Below, piece by piece: positions 13,071 through 25,795 of a stretch of 64,000 nt of DNA. The stretch lies in the NCBI RefSeq assembly GCF_009914755.1, contig NC_060926.1. One strand, given 5' to 3'. The position numbers and the translations under genes are program-made. This DNA comes from the human T2T-CHM13v2.0 reference genome, Homo sapiens. The notes under the pieces were generated by a model. It was not told the DNA's origin. It did not search any database and was given only the letters and a program-made list of their open reading frames with translations. The first letter of the stretch is position 1. The number at the start of each line of letters is the position of its first letter.

Positions 13071-16018
13071 TCAGGCAAAGTATCTGAAACATTTTTTTGG
13101 TTCTAAATATGAATGTAAGCACAACCACATAATGATGTCAACTGTGCCAGCTTACAGCGGTGACATCAGCATGGGAATGCATCAGTGTCACATCACGAAC
13201 TTCTCAGCTTTAGGTGTTAATATTTTGATAGGAAAAAATCACTTGCTAATTTAGGAGATATGTAATGGTACCTCAAGGTTGCTTTCATTTGAATTTATTT
13301 GCAAGAATGAATTTTTCCATAAATTTCCTATCATTTTTATTTTTTGTTGTGGGAAGAATCAATCATTCACTCATTTAGGAGAGTTATAACAGCTTCCCAC
13401 TCTTTCACATGTGAAGGATTCTCTGTATAACTGAAATCTTAACCCTGATTTTTGTTATCATGAACATTCTAACCTATTGTTTACAGTTCTGTTTCGGTTG
13501 TTTTTTGTTGTATAGAAGTTTTACACTTTCATATTGTCAGGAAAGGATCTACTCCTTTATGACTTGTTTTATTGCTTTAAAACTCAGAACTTACAATTCC
13601 TCAAAGGAACTGATATGTTATTTTTATATTTTCTGACTTTTAACAACATTTGACTTTTAAATTGATCAGAAATTGACTTTGGTATATGGTCTGTGGAAAA
13701 TCACACAGCCCTGCCAGTGGGTTGACTGGTGCTTAAGGGGCATGAGAAAGAAAATATATTCTGTCATTTTTGGATGCGGTTTGGATGTGAGAAATAAATA
13801 TGAGACAAGTCCAGAGAATTAGTTGACTTAATTCCCCTGATCAAATAACTTTGAATTACAGTGAGAGATAGTCTGGTGCTATGAAAAGAAGACAGGCTTT
13901 TGGGTTAGAGACAAATTTCCAATCCTGGTTCTGTCACTAAACAACTGTGTGACCTTGTTCAGGACGATCTCTCTGAGCTCCAGTTTCCACATCAGAAATA
14001 CACACTGTCTGTAAGGGTTGGGAATAATACAAGCTTTTAAGTGCCCAGCACAATGCCAAGTGCAGAGTCCAGGTTCAGTAAATAGCTGATGTTAATACAG
14101 GCAAACAAATCATGAGAAAAGGATTTTCTAGAAAGGGAAGGGCTTATATATATCAGAAGATGAGTAAAATGCTTGCTATCTCTGTCAGAGATTGTTTTTT
14201 GTGTGTCAGCAATTAATTTTTGAGAATAAATGATACTTTACAGATCTTGGGAAAGAAATCTATTAAAGCACAAAGCACTGCTGTCTTCCAAGCCATTAAA
14301 ATGTTATCTGCTTAATTCCTCTTCCAACAATAGGTAATGAACCTTCTCTGATTTAAAATCTTTGATTTTATGGATCTATATCAAGCTAAGAGTAATTACA
14401 ATAATGAGGAAAGCTGAAATTCCAGAAGCATAATGCATGCAGCCCTCATTTCATTTGCTTTCAAGATTATTTAATACTATTTCACTGTTTACTTTAGGGA
14501 AACATATTTGTCTTGTTCTCATATATACTATTACTAATAAAAGTTATTAAAATATCAACCACAAGGGTAGAAAAATAAAAGGACAACGTAAGTATACGCT
14601 TGAGAAAAACACATACAGATAATTTTTGTATTCTGTATTTACTTGAATATGATATGCAGTTTCCATTTTCTCAGCATACCATCAGTTTCACTCCTGGCAT
14701 GGCACTTAATGGAATACTACTTCTGAAACCAAAACTATGACAAATCATCTGCTCACGATCTCACAACGAGACGGAGACAATCTTTGAAAATCCAAGCTTG
14801 ATCACCTCTGCAACCAAACCCACATGCTGGATTTGAGGGCCCTGATCTGGCTAGTTCCACACGCTGTACCTACCTCCTTGCTACCTTCGTTAATTCTTCG
14901 TGTTATTATTTCACATGTCAATCTCTCCATGAGATTATTCATTTAAGCACAGGGATAATAATATTTTATCGCATCTTTACAAGCGTCTTACCTATTCTTC
15001 ACTTCATACACAGTGCCAGGCTGTGCACAATGCATGCTTGATATGTCTGTTCATACCAAGTAAATTAACCAACCACTAGTGCTGTTTAGGAATCCCAGGC
15101 TGACCTGCAGAGTGAGCTGCCTATTGCTGGACGCATCCAGACAGGAGGTACAAGTCAGATCTCTGTATGTTCAGGTTAAAACGATAGAAATAAATAGACA
15201 TACCCACAACTTTGAAACCTGGACAGAGTTAAAGGGGACCAAAGACAGGAAGGTTTCTTGGTTTTGTATAAATATGTCGATTCACACATGCGTTTCTGAA
15301 AATCTTTATGGTTCTCCCCCCAGCTTGGACACTGGCCACTGTAAATAATGCTAGAAGGTTCTGGTGCCTTCATGGCAAGATTACAGGGGATAGGAATCAC
15401 ATTTATCAAATATGTGAAGGACTGTCACTGGAAGAAGGACATTAGTGATCTGAGAAAATCCCCAGGGCAGGACTAAGGTCAATGTGTTGAAGATAAAGGG
15501 GTATAGGTTTCATTTAGGAGGTGCTCTCGTGTCATAATCTCACCCAAAATGGCCCAGAGCCCCCTGCAGTGTTCAGCTGGAGCCTGGGAGAGTAAGTGGG
15601 CTTAAAAAGGAAGCACAGCTAGGCGAGTTGTTGGGGTAGGTCTGCTCTAGTGTTTTGCAGAGCTAATATTATATGCCTCAAGGTGCTTTCAACAACTTCA
15701 TTCCTCTGTAGAAATAACCCTTTTCCAATATAATAAAGCCTTCCTACTTAGGTTAAAAGCAGAAGCATGGTGGGGTATAGACTTTGAATGTTAGGTCTGG
15801 TGTTTACATTTCAGCTTTGGCTGCTTACTAGCTGTGTGACCCCTGAGCCTCATGTTCTCATCTGTGAAACCAAAATAATAATATCTTCTCATACAATCAT
15901 TAACAAAAAAAGAGAATGTACCTATTATAGTACTTGGCAAAGAGGTGGGATTTGCAAGATGGTAATTATTGTCATCAAGGAGAAACCCTTAATTAGGTAC
16001 CGGAGGTCCTAAACACTT

Positions 16019-16316
16019 TTTATTTTTTATTTATTTATTTTTTTGAGACGGAGTCTCACTGCAGGCTGGAGTGCAGTGGCGCGATCTCAGCTCACTGCAG
16101 CTCCACCTCCCGGGTCCACACCATTCTCCTGCCTCAGACTCCCGAGTAGCTGGGACTACAGGCACCCACCACCACAACTGGCTAATTTTTTGTATTTTTA
16201 GTGGAGACGGGGTTTCACCGTGTTAGCCAGGATGGTCTCGATCTCCTGACCTCATGATCCACCCTCCTCGGCCTCCCAAACTGCTGGATTACAGGTGTGA
16301 GCCACCGTGCCCGGCC
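16019..16316 (-). mobile_element. AluY/Sc-like
   Basis: Diagnostic gtttcaccgtgttagccaggatggtctcgatctcc; TSD aacactt. Confidence 0.92.
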
Positions 16317-17618
16317 AACACTTCTTTTATAACCCCATGAATTACTATTTTAATAGACAGCACAGTCCAGGACAACCCCTGGGATGAGGGGTTGCATAGA
16401 GGCATTGAGCAGTACCAAAGAGGAGGAAGCAATGAAGAGCAGGAGCCGTTACAAATCGGGAATTACAAAATGGGAATTTTCAGCATACAAAGCCGTTATA
16501 AATACGTATCTGCTTACTTTGATGAAACAAGTCAAGAGGCTTCCATCCAAACAGAAAATATTCCAGAGATGCGAGTCAAACACATCAGCAGCATTGCCCA
16601 TCTTAGAGAGAATACGGTTTTGAAAGTGAGCTCTCAATTTTACTGAGAGTGATGGAGAAGGTAATCCAGAAGTCTATACCATGCAGGGTTTTAATTGTTC
16701 ATCATCAATACAATCTCAAGGAAGGACTTTCCATTTCTGGCCCAGGAAAGAGGCTGTTGGCCATTTATAAAAGGTTACACGCACCAGAGGTCTGCAATTT
16801 CGGAAAAGCTTAGAGAAAGAAATGAGTACTACTGCTAGAGGAAAAGTCAGTACAATCTCTGGCATCAGCACTTAAGCATCATCCTTTTAACTGTAAACAC
16901 CTATAAAGCTGTCAGTATCTTATAATGAATAGCAAAATAATACATGCTATCAGCAAACAAGTGGGGGTGTTTTTAAACTTGGATCTGCACACCATGCAGG
17001 AGAGACTGCTATCAACGGAGTGCCTCTGCCAGATGTTTTTCTTTTAATGTCAATAGGAGCTACTGTCAACAACCAATAAGGGGAAAACTGAAGTTATTGA
17101 TGAACTCAAGCGCCCTGCTAATGGACACGGTGAATAGCAAAATAAAAGCAACAAAAAGAAAGCAAAAGTTTTCTATTTTTCATTGCAATACCAAGGATGA
17201 CTTAAAAACAGCTAGACGTGAGTCGGGCCAAAATGCCCACTGAAACTCTTCCCTTAGAAAAGTGTAACACAACCCTTTAATGGTGTTGGAAGAGCAATGA
17301 TTAATTACAGTGATTTCATATTTTATTTATGTAGCATTTTAAAATGATACAATTACAGAGAACAGATTAGCAGTTGCCAGGGGTTGTTCAGGAGGTGGGG
17401 AGGAAGAAGGTGGCTGTGGCTATAAAGGACAGTATGAGAGATCCTTGTGTCTGGTACCTTGACTGCAGTTAGTGGTCACACGAAGTTACAGGTGACAATG
17501 TCACATGGAGACACACACACACACACACACACATACACTCAAGAGTGTCTGCAAAACTCATAAAATCTGTATAATGTTGACAGATTGAATCAATGTCAGC
17601 AACCGGGTCATAATATTA

Positions 17619-17843
17619 CAGGTAAGTATCCCTTATCCAAAAAGCTTGAGCTCAGAAGTGTCAGTTTTTTCAGATTTTGGAATATTTGCATTATACTTAC
17701 TTGTTGAGTATTCCTAATCAGAAAATCTGAAGTCTGGAATCTGAAATGTTCTAATGAGCATTTTCCTTTGAATGTCATGTTGGTGTTCAAAAGTGTTGAA
17801 TTTGAGGCCATTTTGGATTTCTGGATTAGAGGTGTTCAACCTG
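17619..17843. mobile_element. Tigger4a/MER46-type DNA transposon (MITE) nested in L1MC (about 17330-17960)
   Basis: TIRs caggtaagtatccc / ggtgttcaacctg, flanked by TA on both sides. Confidence 0.85.
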
Positions 17844-20039
17844 TATACTCTAGTCATGAAAGATGTCACACTGGGGGGAACTGGGTGAAGAATGTGAGAG
17901 ACCTTGCTATATCATTTCTTACAACTGAACGTGAATTTAAAATTATCTCAAAAAGTTAAAAAAATGTTTTTAAAATGGAAAACTCTGTAAAACCTTAGCC
18001 TCTGGGGACTGCAAAAGGTCTTTTTGTGGGACACATTTTTAGGGCACAGATGGGCTAGCCTAATGTGAGCATTCAACTTAATGCAGAGATGTTACAGTTC
18101 AGTCTCATTACCGAATTTCTAAAAGGAAGGATCTGAATGGTAGGCAAGTGACTCATCTTAGCAATTTATACCTGTGGCTTTGATTCTTGGATCTGAAGGG
18201 CACAGACGTTTCGTGCGCTATCATCACAACCACAGGCAAACTACTCACAGTCTGCAGAGCAGTTTCAAAACCACAGGCTTAGCACCATGCAGCACATCTA
18301 ACGTGCAGATCAAAGTGTTACGGAAGTAAATCAGTGCCATATTAAAGGGACTTGGGCACTGCAGTGTTACCATTTAGTCATTTAGTTTCTTATTTTGATA
18401 GTTACTGTGTAGGTATGTGGGGGAAATGCTGCTGTGTGGGTAGTAAGATTAGTCAGCAGTTAGGGACCGCCTGTGCTAGTTGCAGTTCTGACAGATGCAT
18501 TTGAGATAAAGAATCTTTAAAATGAAAACTGATACACTCTGCCCATGGAATCCAGGACTGTATCAAGAGAGCTCCATTTATGATGAATATGGAAAGGCAC
18601 TGTATAATACATCACTGTTTTATTCTCAAAGAGGCCCATGGCAAATTTTTGTGAGAATGCCTAACACAGTGTACGAGGGTGGGGAGGAAAAAAAATGCAC
18701 TGAGAATATGCAGAAGTTTTCTCTTCTTACCAATTTCTTGGATTTATAAGAAAAAACTGGCTAAGAAAAAAACTCATTATAATTCTGTTTCATATAAATT
18801 CTCCAAGTTATTCAACTTTCATTTCAGCATAGATAGGTGGGAGGGCTACGGAAAGGCAAGTCCCCTTGATTCCCTACTTCAGTCAAGGTCCCAAAGAGGC
18901 CTTCGTTCTGATTAATTATTGGTGATCAGGTACGGTATTCACAAAACCCTTGCAGAAGCTTTTACATTATTTTAAAAACACATCTAAATGAATAAAGGCA
19001 TTTGATTTTCTCATTTTATTCATAATGATTATTTCCAAATACAATTATATTCTGCTTTCTGTAACTATTTACAGAATTTTCTGTATCCTTTGTCATTAAG
19101 AAAACTTTATATCAGTGATGTCTTTTCATCAACCTCTTCACTGTCTTGAGTAGCAAGCATATACCTCTGCTCTAGATTCTCCTTCCTTCTCTGGTCCCTA
19201 GAAGATATCCTGCCACATTTTTGTTTAAAAAAATAGCATGCATGTGTATATATACATATATATGTATATATACAATGTAAAATTACATATGTGTGCATGT
19301 ATGTGTATGTGTATAGTGTACATACTCAAACAGACATACATACACTTCAAATGAAAGAATGATCTCCACACAAAAGGGCTTCAGTAAGGATCATACAACA
19401 TGAGTTCGTTAAAACACAACCCTAAGCTATCTAATCCTAAAGTGGAAAATTTTAAATGAGAAGAGAAAGTTTCTTCCTAATCATAATAACAAGGCAACAG
19501 GCCTTGAGGGAGAAATCTCAAGTTGACTCCAGTACATTACTCTTCAAGACAAGAAGGTTGCCAGAGGAAATCAGAGTTTGAGATTTCAGATGGTGCCAGT
19601 AAACACTACTTAAACCCACTGTCTTACCTTTAATTAGTGGATAACCTAACACACACATCCACAGATGGAAAACCTGTGCAATGATGGGAGTTCCCTAGAC
19701 CCAAATTTCAAGTAGCAAGAGGACTGCTAGTTGATGGCTGCTTTGATCTTCTTAAGGAGACTAACATCCTGCTTCTGTAGAAAACTGTCTTCTTATTTGG
19801 ATTTGTATTCTGAGCACCAAAAACACTGAATCTGGTTCACGGGAAGAGCTTAGTAAGTGTTTGTAAAATAAACATACACTGCTGGGACAAAACAGGAACA
19901 GCTATTGTGGTCAGAGAATACTATAGATATAGTAGTCTTCAATTAACCACGGTGTTATTTATGAGAATGAAAGTGCTAATTCATTCCTTTGAAACATTAA
20001 AAAAAAAAAAAGAAAGAAAGTAAATTCAACTGGGCATAC

Positions 20040-20168
20040 CGTAGTGACTGCCGTGATTTGCTCCAGTGCCATCTCGTGCAGATGCTCATCTCGGCTCTCG
20101 AGGAGAAGTTTCAGAGATGGAAGCAGGAGGGACTGGTTAAGCAGCAGCAGACACAGCTCCTTCACACC
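20040..20168 (-). CDS. NBAS: NBAS coding exon (inferred exon 51): GVKELCLLLLNQSLLLPSLKLLLESRDEHLHEMALEQITAVTT
   Basis: Acceptor ctgtggtttcAG|GGTGTG, donor ACG|GTATGC; 129 nt; phase 0/0, in frame with both neighbours. Confidence 0.95.
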
Positions 20169-21723
20169 CTGAAACCACAGAGCAGGGGTGAGCGAGAACT
20201 CCACGACGTACTTCTCACCGGCACGGTTCTGGCTGGATCATTCCACCCCTTTTTCTGTGGTAGCGTGTGTGTGTGTGTGTAAAGCCACATATGGTACCGC
20301 ACTGGATATACTGAATATGGGCGTTGGTACCTGCTTCACTTGGTTCACAGTAAACTGTGTACAGATTTCCAAGCTATCAGATATTCATCGACAATATTGC
20401 TTTTTAATGGCTTTGTAATGCTCATTGTACAGATATAGTGGTATAATTTATTTTCCTAAACTCTCACAGCCCTAATTTCCTCATAAGTAAAATGTATGTA
20501 TTTATAGCTCCTTTGCAGGTTTTGTGTTTTGTGTGTGTGTGTGTGTGAGAGAGAGAGAGTTTGTATTGATGAACGCAGCATACAACGCTCAGCATATAGT
20601 GGAGGCTGAATTATAATAAAAAGTATTATCAATTGCTAATATTGTTAACAACCTCTAGTTGTCATTCACTGAAACAAAGGAAATCAGCAAATAAAATATT
20701 TTAAAATGTATCTATCATTTTAATGTCAAAATGAATTGACTCCTTAATATACTTAAGACAGTCTATCTTCACGAAAACTATCTGTGTTGCAGAAAAATGA
20801 AAATGTGTTTGGATCCCCACAGGTGTATCTGAATTTTATTCTCAGCCCTGTATTTTACCAACTGAACCTGTGGTCACAGAGCAGGCTTTCGTATAAGGTA
20901 ACAAATGATAATCCTTTACAACAAAAGCATAAAACAATAAGAATAAGATTTGCAATCTGTTTTGCCCTGCTGAGCTGTGTTGCCATTTAGGTCCTGACTT
21001 TAGCTGTAACATAAAGAAGAGAACACTTTGGACCAAAAACCAGACGATGAATGACTCCATTACACTAAAGCAAGGGTTGCTCTAAAGAACTGATGATCAT
21101 TGCTATCCACGGGATTGATTTTTCTCTCGTGCCATTCAGACAGCAGATCGGAGAAGAAAAACTCAAATTTACTATATTTTCAAAATTGCTTTACATTATT
21201 ATAGAGCATCAATAAAATAAGAATGACACAAGTAAGCTCGCATTTAAACTCAGGATAAAGTTCTCTTGGGAATTCTGCACATTATAGTTTTAGCTTTCAC
21301 CCAGCATGTCTGCTCTTGAAATCTGCAAGGCCCTCACGTTTCAGAGTAGAAGGCTGTGCTACACAAACCTGTGTGACAATGATCAATACCAGCAGGGTAG
21401 CAGTTTGTAAAACACATTCCTCATACATCGGGAATTCTAATTCAAAAAAGTACGGTGTATGCCTGAAAGAACACGTGACACAGAGCAGTCTCACCAAGCA
21501 TCTGGGGCAAAGAAACAGGCAGACTTTTCATCCGGGATGCCGAAACCTGCAGAAGATTATTTGGGAGCATGAAACAAGCTCCTGAGCATGGCACTCTGGC
21601 CTGGCTGGCCGCATCCTGTGGCCTCTTCCTCCTCCTCTCGGGTCATGGCAGTGCTCCCCACCTAAGCATTCCACACAAAGTGATGTGCGGGGCCCCTTCT
21701 GACACAACACACACATTCTGTAT

Positions 21724-21865
21724 CTGCACTGCCCAATACCGCAGCCACAAGGCACAAGCTACATTTGAGGTGGGGCTAGTGCAACCGAGGAACTGCATTT
21801 TTAATTTTACTTAAAGGGTTTAATAAGCCACATGGGGCCAGCGGCTACCATATTAGGCAGTATGG
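21724..21865. mobile_element. MER3-like hAT-Charlie MITE
   Basis: cactgcccaata...gctagtgcaaccgaggaactgcattttta...agccacatgg...gcggctaccatattagg. Confidence 0.65.
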
Positions 21866-22523
21866 CTGCTGGGTGCTGGACTCTCACACCTCCAGGTGTT
21901 TGCACATAGTGTAACTTTTGCTCTTTCTCTGTCTGATTAACCGTCTACTTGCTCTTTAAGTCTCAGTTTAAAAATGCACAGAAAAACTATACTTCCTCCG
22001 CAAAAGCACCCTTAAATGTCCCAGGTTAGCACTCAATGTTCTAAATGTACTGTATAAATATTTCCCACCTTATCTTTTATCTTGTATTATGGTAGTCATT
22101 CATCGGTCTACCTGCCTTGCTTTTGGGCAAGAATATTGTTCCTTCTCTGTATTCTAAACTTGCTTGGTACATGCCATACCTAAAACTCCTTGTATATAAT
22201 TCCCTCTCTGAACACACATTTGCTCACTCAAAAAGTTATCAGTGATGAGTAAACATGCATTTTCAAGGATTTATGATATTTAGACATAGCATGACACTTG
22301 GCTGACCTTGGCTTTCATGACAAATTTTATGGAATAACCTGTGTGTCCCTCTGAGCAAGCATAATGGATAGATGGCACACAGAGAGGCAAGGATATCCAA
22401 GAAGGGAGGAACCCACTTTAGGTGAGCCACTGACTACTTTTCATCTCTTAGCTACCAGTGATTGGCCAAATACTTACTCTATCTTTAAGTGCTAAATCCT
22501 CTACTATGTTTGTTTGCTACTTT

Positions 22524-23316
22524 CCCCCTGTGTTGCAAGAGAACGTTTATTAAGAGATTTACAAAGGGATTTGGGGAACTGCAAGAAAGGTCGAAGCAGC
22601 AGAGAAAAGCCACAAAACACGTCATTTGACAGGCCTTCGCAGTTCAAACCTGTCAGACCATGAGGACAGAACGAACAAGAGATGCCTTGGATGGAGAGGA
22701 CTAGGTGGGCCCAGGCTTAGAGCCAGGCCACAGACCTGGATGTTTCTTTTCCCAGTGGACTATGATTTATGAGATGCACTGGGGCACTGTTCCCATTGTC
22801 TGACAGTCATGAGAGAAGCAGGACCAGTTCACAAATATGCCTTCTGTCCTCACACAACTCTCCTACTGTCCCTGGAGTATCTAGCATCAAAAGGTGTTGC
22901 AGGGCCTACAGCAGGAACTAGGGGCACAAGGTATGCAGGGATTGGTGATGCAGAGACCGAGGGGCTTATCACATGCCCCAGGCATTGCATGGGGGCTGCA
23001 AGGCAGCTTGCAGTCCTTGCCCTCCAGCAGGCCTAGAATGGGCTGAGCTCCCATTGCTGTTGCCTGGATGTCCAGAAGCCCCTGGCACTGCTGGTTCTGC
23101 AGCCCCAGGTTGATCACAATCTTGGCCAGCTGGGCCTCCACACTGGCCACCAGGCACTGTACCTGGGCCAACTGGGCACTGCAGCGGCTTTGGTTTTGTG
23201 TTCTCCAGAGCCTCTCAGGTTGTGCTGGGCCTGCTGCTCGACCTCCAGGGCACTAGCCGTGCCTCTTGGACTGTGATCTCTACCAGCAAGGCAGCTGCTC
23301 TGAGCTGAACATCAAG
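22524..23316 (-). pseudogene. 5'-truncated processed pseudogene of a type I hair keratin (KRT33B/KRT31-like): coil 2B end, Cys/Pro tail, 3' UTR
   Basis: ORF 22887-23171 (AQVQCLVASVEAQLA...QNQQCQGLLD...LLEGKDCKLPCSP...ACDKPLGLCITNPC...PCNTF) resembles hair-keratin SQVQSLITNVESQLA...QNQEYQVLLD...LLESEDCKLPSNP...[13 protein letters not shown]...PCNTFGY. Frameshifted SSEQL and QAQHNL motifs lie upstream with no introns. Remnant TAG at 22881-22883; AATAAA at 22546-22551. Confidence 0.85.
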
Positions 23317-25259
23317 TGTTTGTTATATACTTTGCTTTGAAATGCATCATCTCATTTAATTTCTCCTCAAATCCTTTGAGAAAGGTGTGATCTCAGCCCT
23401 ACTAATCAGATGGGGAAAGCAGAGGTAAAATGGTTAAATAACTTGAGTGTTATTGCATAACTTGACTGATTCTAAAAATCAAGCTCTTGACATTAGCAAA
23501 AGTGGCTCAACCCTGATAGAGAACAATCACATTGACTTTTAGAAGCTGGGAATTATTAAGGCTCACTCATGAGCTGGGTGACTTAATCCCATACAATAGA
23601 CCCCAAGCATCGGTGACTAACCCATGTTTCGTCTCAGCGAAATCCTGGACCTTCAGGGTCAGTCACAAATAGCGGGACCTCGGAATTTTACATCTATAAA
23701 TGCCAACAAACTGTTTATGCCAATTTCTTATTCTACCTATTCCCAAGTCTTGAGAGGGCTTTATATACTGCCATGGATACAAGCTGAGAAGGATACATAA
23801 CTTTTGAGACTGTGGTACACAGGACCTGTGAGAAAGTCACTCATCCTGCTGGTAATATTTTCCATCAGGAAAACCATCATGGCCATAAGTAAGCAAGTCC
23901 CAGGAGCAACAGCAGGAGTCACGAAGGCATTCTGAGGAGTCGTGAATTTTTTTAAAAGTCTGTAAGCATGGGAGCTTAGTGAAAAACGGGAAATGGAGAT
24001 GAAGAAAAAGGTGAGTACTCTTAAGTACTCTGACATAAACAATTAGGCACACACGTTTCCTAAATCATGGAGTACGACAACCAAAGGTATTGAATTTAGG
24101 AAAAAAAAAATCATAAGTAACAGATAATTTTACCACCACAGTGATATAAAACATTGTAGAACTCTGAAATTAAACTCGTCAACTTCCAAGTGTAGTAAAA
24201 TAAACTTAAAAAGATACTGCCACTTTTTAATAGTAATGTTCCTTCCTCTGTAACACTTTCAATTCACATTTGAGCACATTTAGCCATCAGTAAAAACAGT
24301 ACATACCATTTGCAAATAGCCTCTAATCACAGCAGCCTCAGGAAAACATAATCTATAAATGTGCCCAATTGAGAGACAGAAACTGAGGCAGCTTAAGGAA
24401 AACGATGGAAAGTCACGGTGACAACAGAACTCTTTGAATAATTATCTTTTGTTTCATCAAATTAAAGAAACATGATAACGACCTACTTTGCAACGGGATT
24501 TAACCCAGTACCTTGTCTCTCATCCCGAGAGAATTACACATTTATGAAAGGTAGTGAATTATGTGCTATGGATGAAGCAGTACACATACAGCCTCAGCTC
24601 ATTCTCCTTAGAGAATAGACAGAACTAGCATTTTCTCATCCAGCTTAACCTCTTCTTTCACAGACCAGAAAACAAAGATCCAGAGAGTTTGGGGCTTTTC
24701 TCATGTTCACACAGATGTGGCCCATTCTGGAAGAGAAACAGTACAGCTTCGAGCATTACTAGAGTTCTTTCTGTTCTACTATGTATGATGTTCCCTGCCC
24801 TTAAGGTGCTCCTAGTCTTAATAAAGAGCAGACGCAGTACATCCCTTCCCATGGAGTGTGTGAGGAGTGCTCTAACCGATGTGTGCTTTAGGTGCTGTGC
24901 TATCTTTTCTGACCTCTTAAAAAACACTTAGCAATCACTGACCAGATGATTCTGAGATCAAATGAGACCCCTGCAAATAAACTTAATGTATTACTCTATT
25001 TGTCAAAGTACCTCCCCCTGGCTGTAGACACTTACTAGGAAGCTGAATCATCACAGCTAAATCAGAACTTTTCATTTAACCACCAAGTCATTTTCCGATA
25101 GGAAACAGAAAGCACAGCTTCTTACACATTCATCAGTAAAAAGAACACGCTATTCTTCTATGTATGTAAAATGTAAATGGAATGCTGACGAGAATATTAC
25201 TGCCATGGACACAGATATGTCTAGGACTTATTCCCAGGCGGCTAAAAGATAGTACATAT

Positions 25260-25795
25260 CAAGTGGTCCCTATAGGTCGTTTTGGCCCCAGGGACTGGTT
25301 TTGTGGATGAAAATTATTCCATGGACTATGGAATAGTCCACCCCATGGAGGGGATAGTTTTGGGATGATTCAAGCACATTAGATTTATTGGGCACTTTAT
25401 TTCTATTAGTATTACACTGTAATATCTAATGAAATAATTATACAACTCACCATAATATAGAATCAGTGGGAACCCTGAGCTTGTTTTCCTGCAACTAGAT
25501 GGTCCCACCGAGGGGCGATGGGCTACAGTGACGCATCATCATAAGGAATAAGGAGTGCACAACCCAGATCCCTCGCATGTGTAGTTCACAATAGAGCTTG
25601 TGCTCCTATAAGAATCTTGTGCCACCACTGATACGACAGGAGGTGGAACTGAGACAGTAATGTAAATGATGGGAGCAGCTGTAAATACAGATGAAGCTTC
25701 ACTCATCGCCAGCCACTCACCTCCTGCAGTGCAGTCTGGTACCTGACAGGCCATGGACTGATAGCAGTCCTCGGCCTGGGGTTTGGGGAAGCCTG
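25260..25795. mobile_element. MER1A hAT-Charlie DNA transposon
   Basis: ggccccagggactggttttgtgg...gggatgattcaagcacatta...cagtgggaaccctgagcttgttttcctgcaactagatggtccc...gtttggggaagcctg. Confidence 0.85.

Noticed and set aside
22887-23171. 94-aa keratin-like ORF as a functional protein
   Set aside because: TTG start, loss of the conserved LExEIxTYRxLL helix-termination motif and upstream frameshifts indicate a pseudogene.
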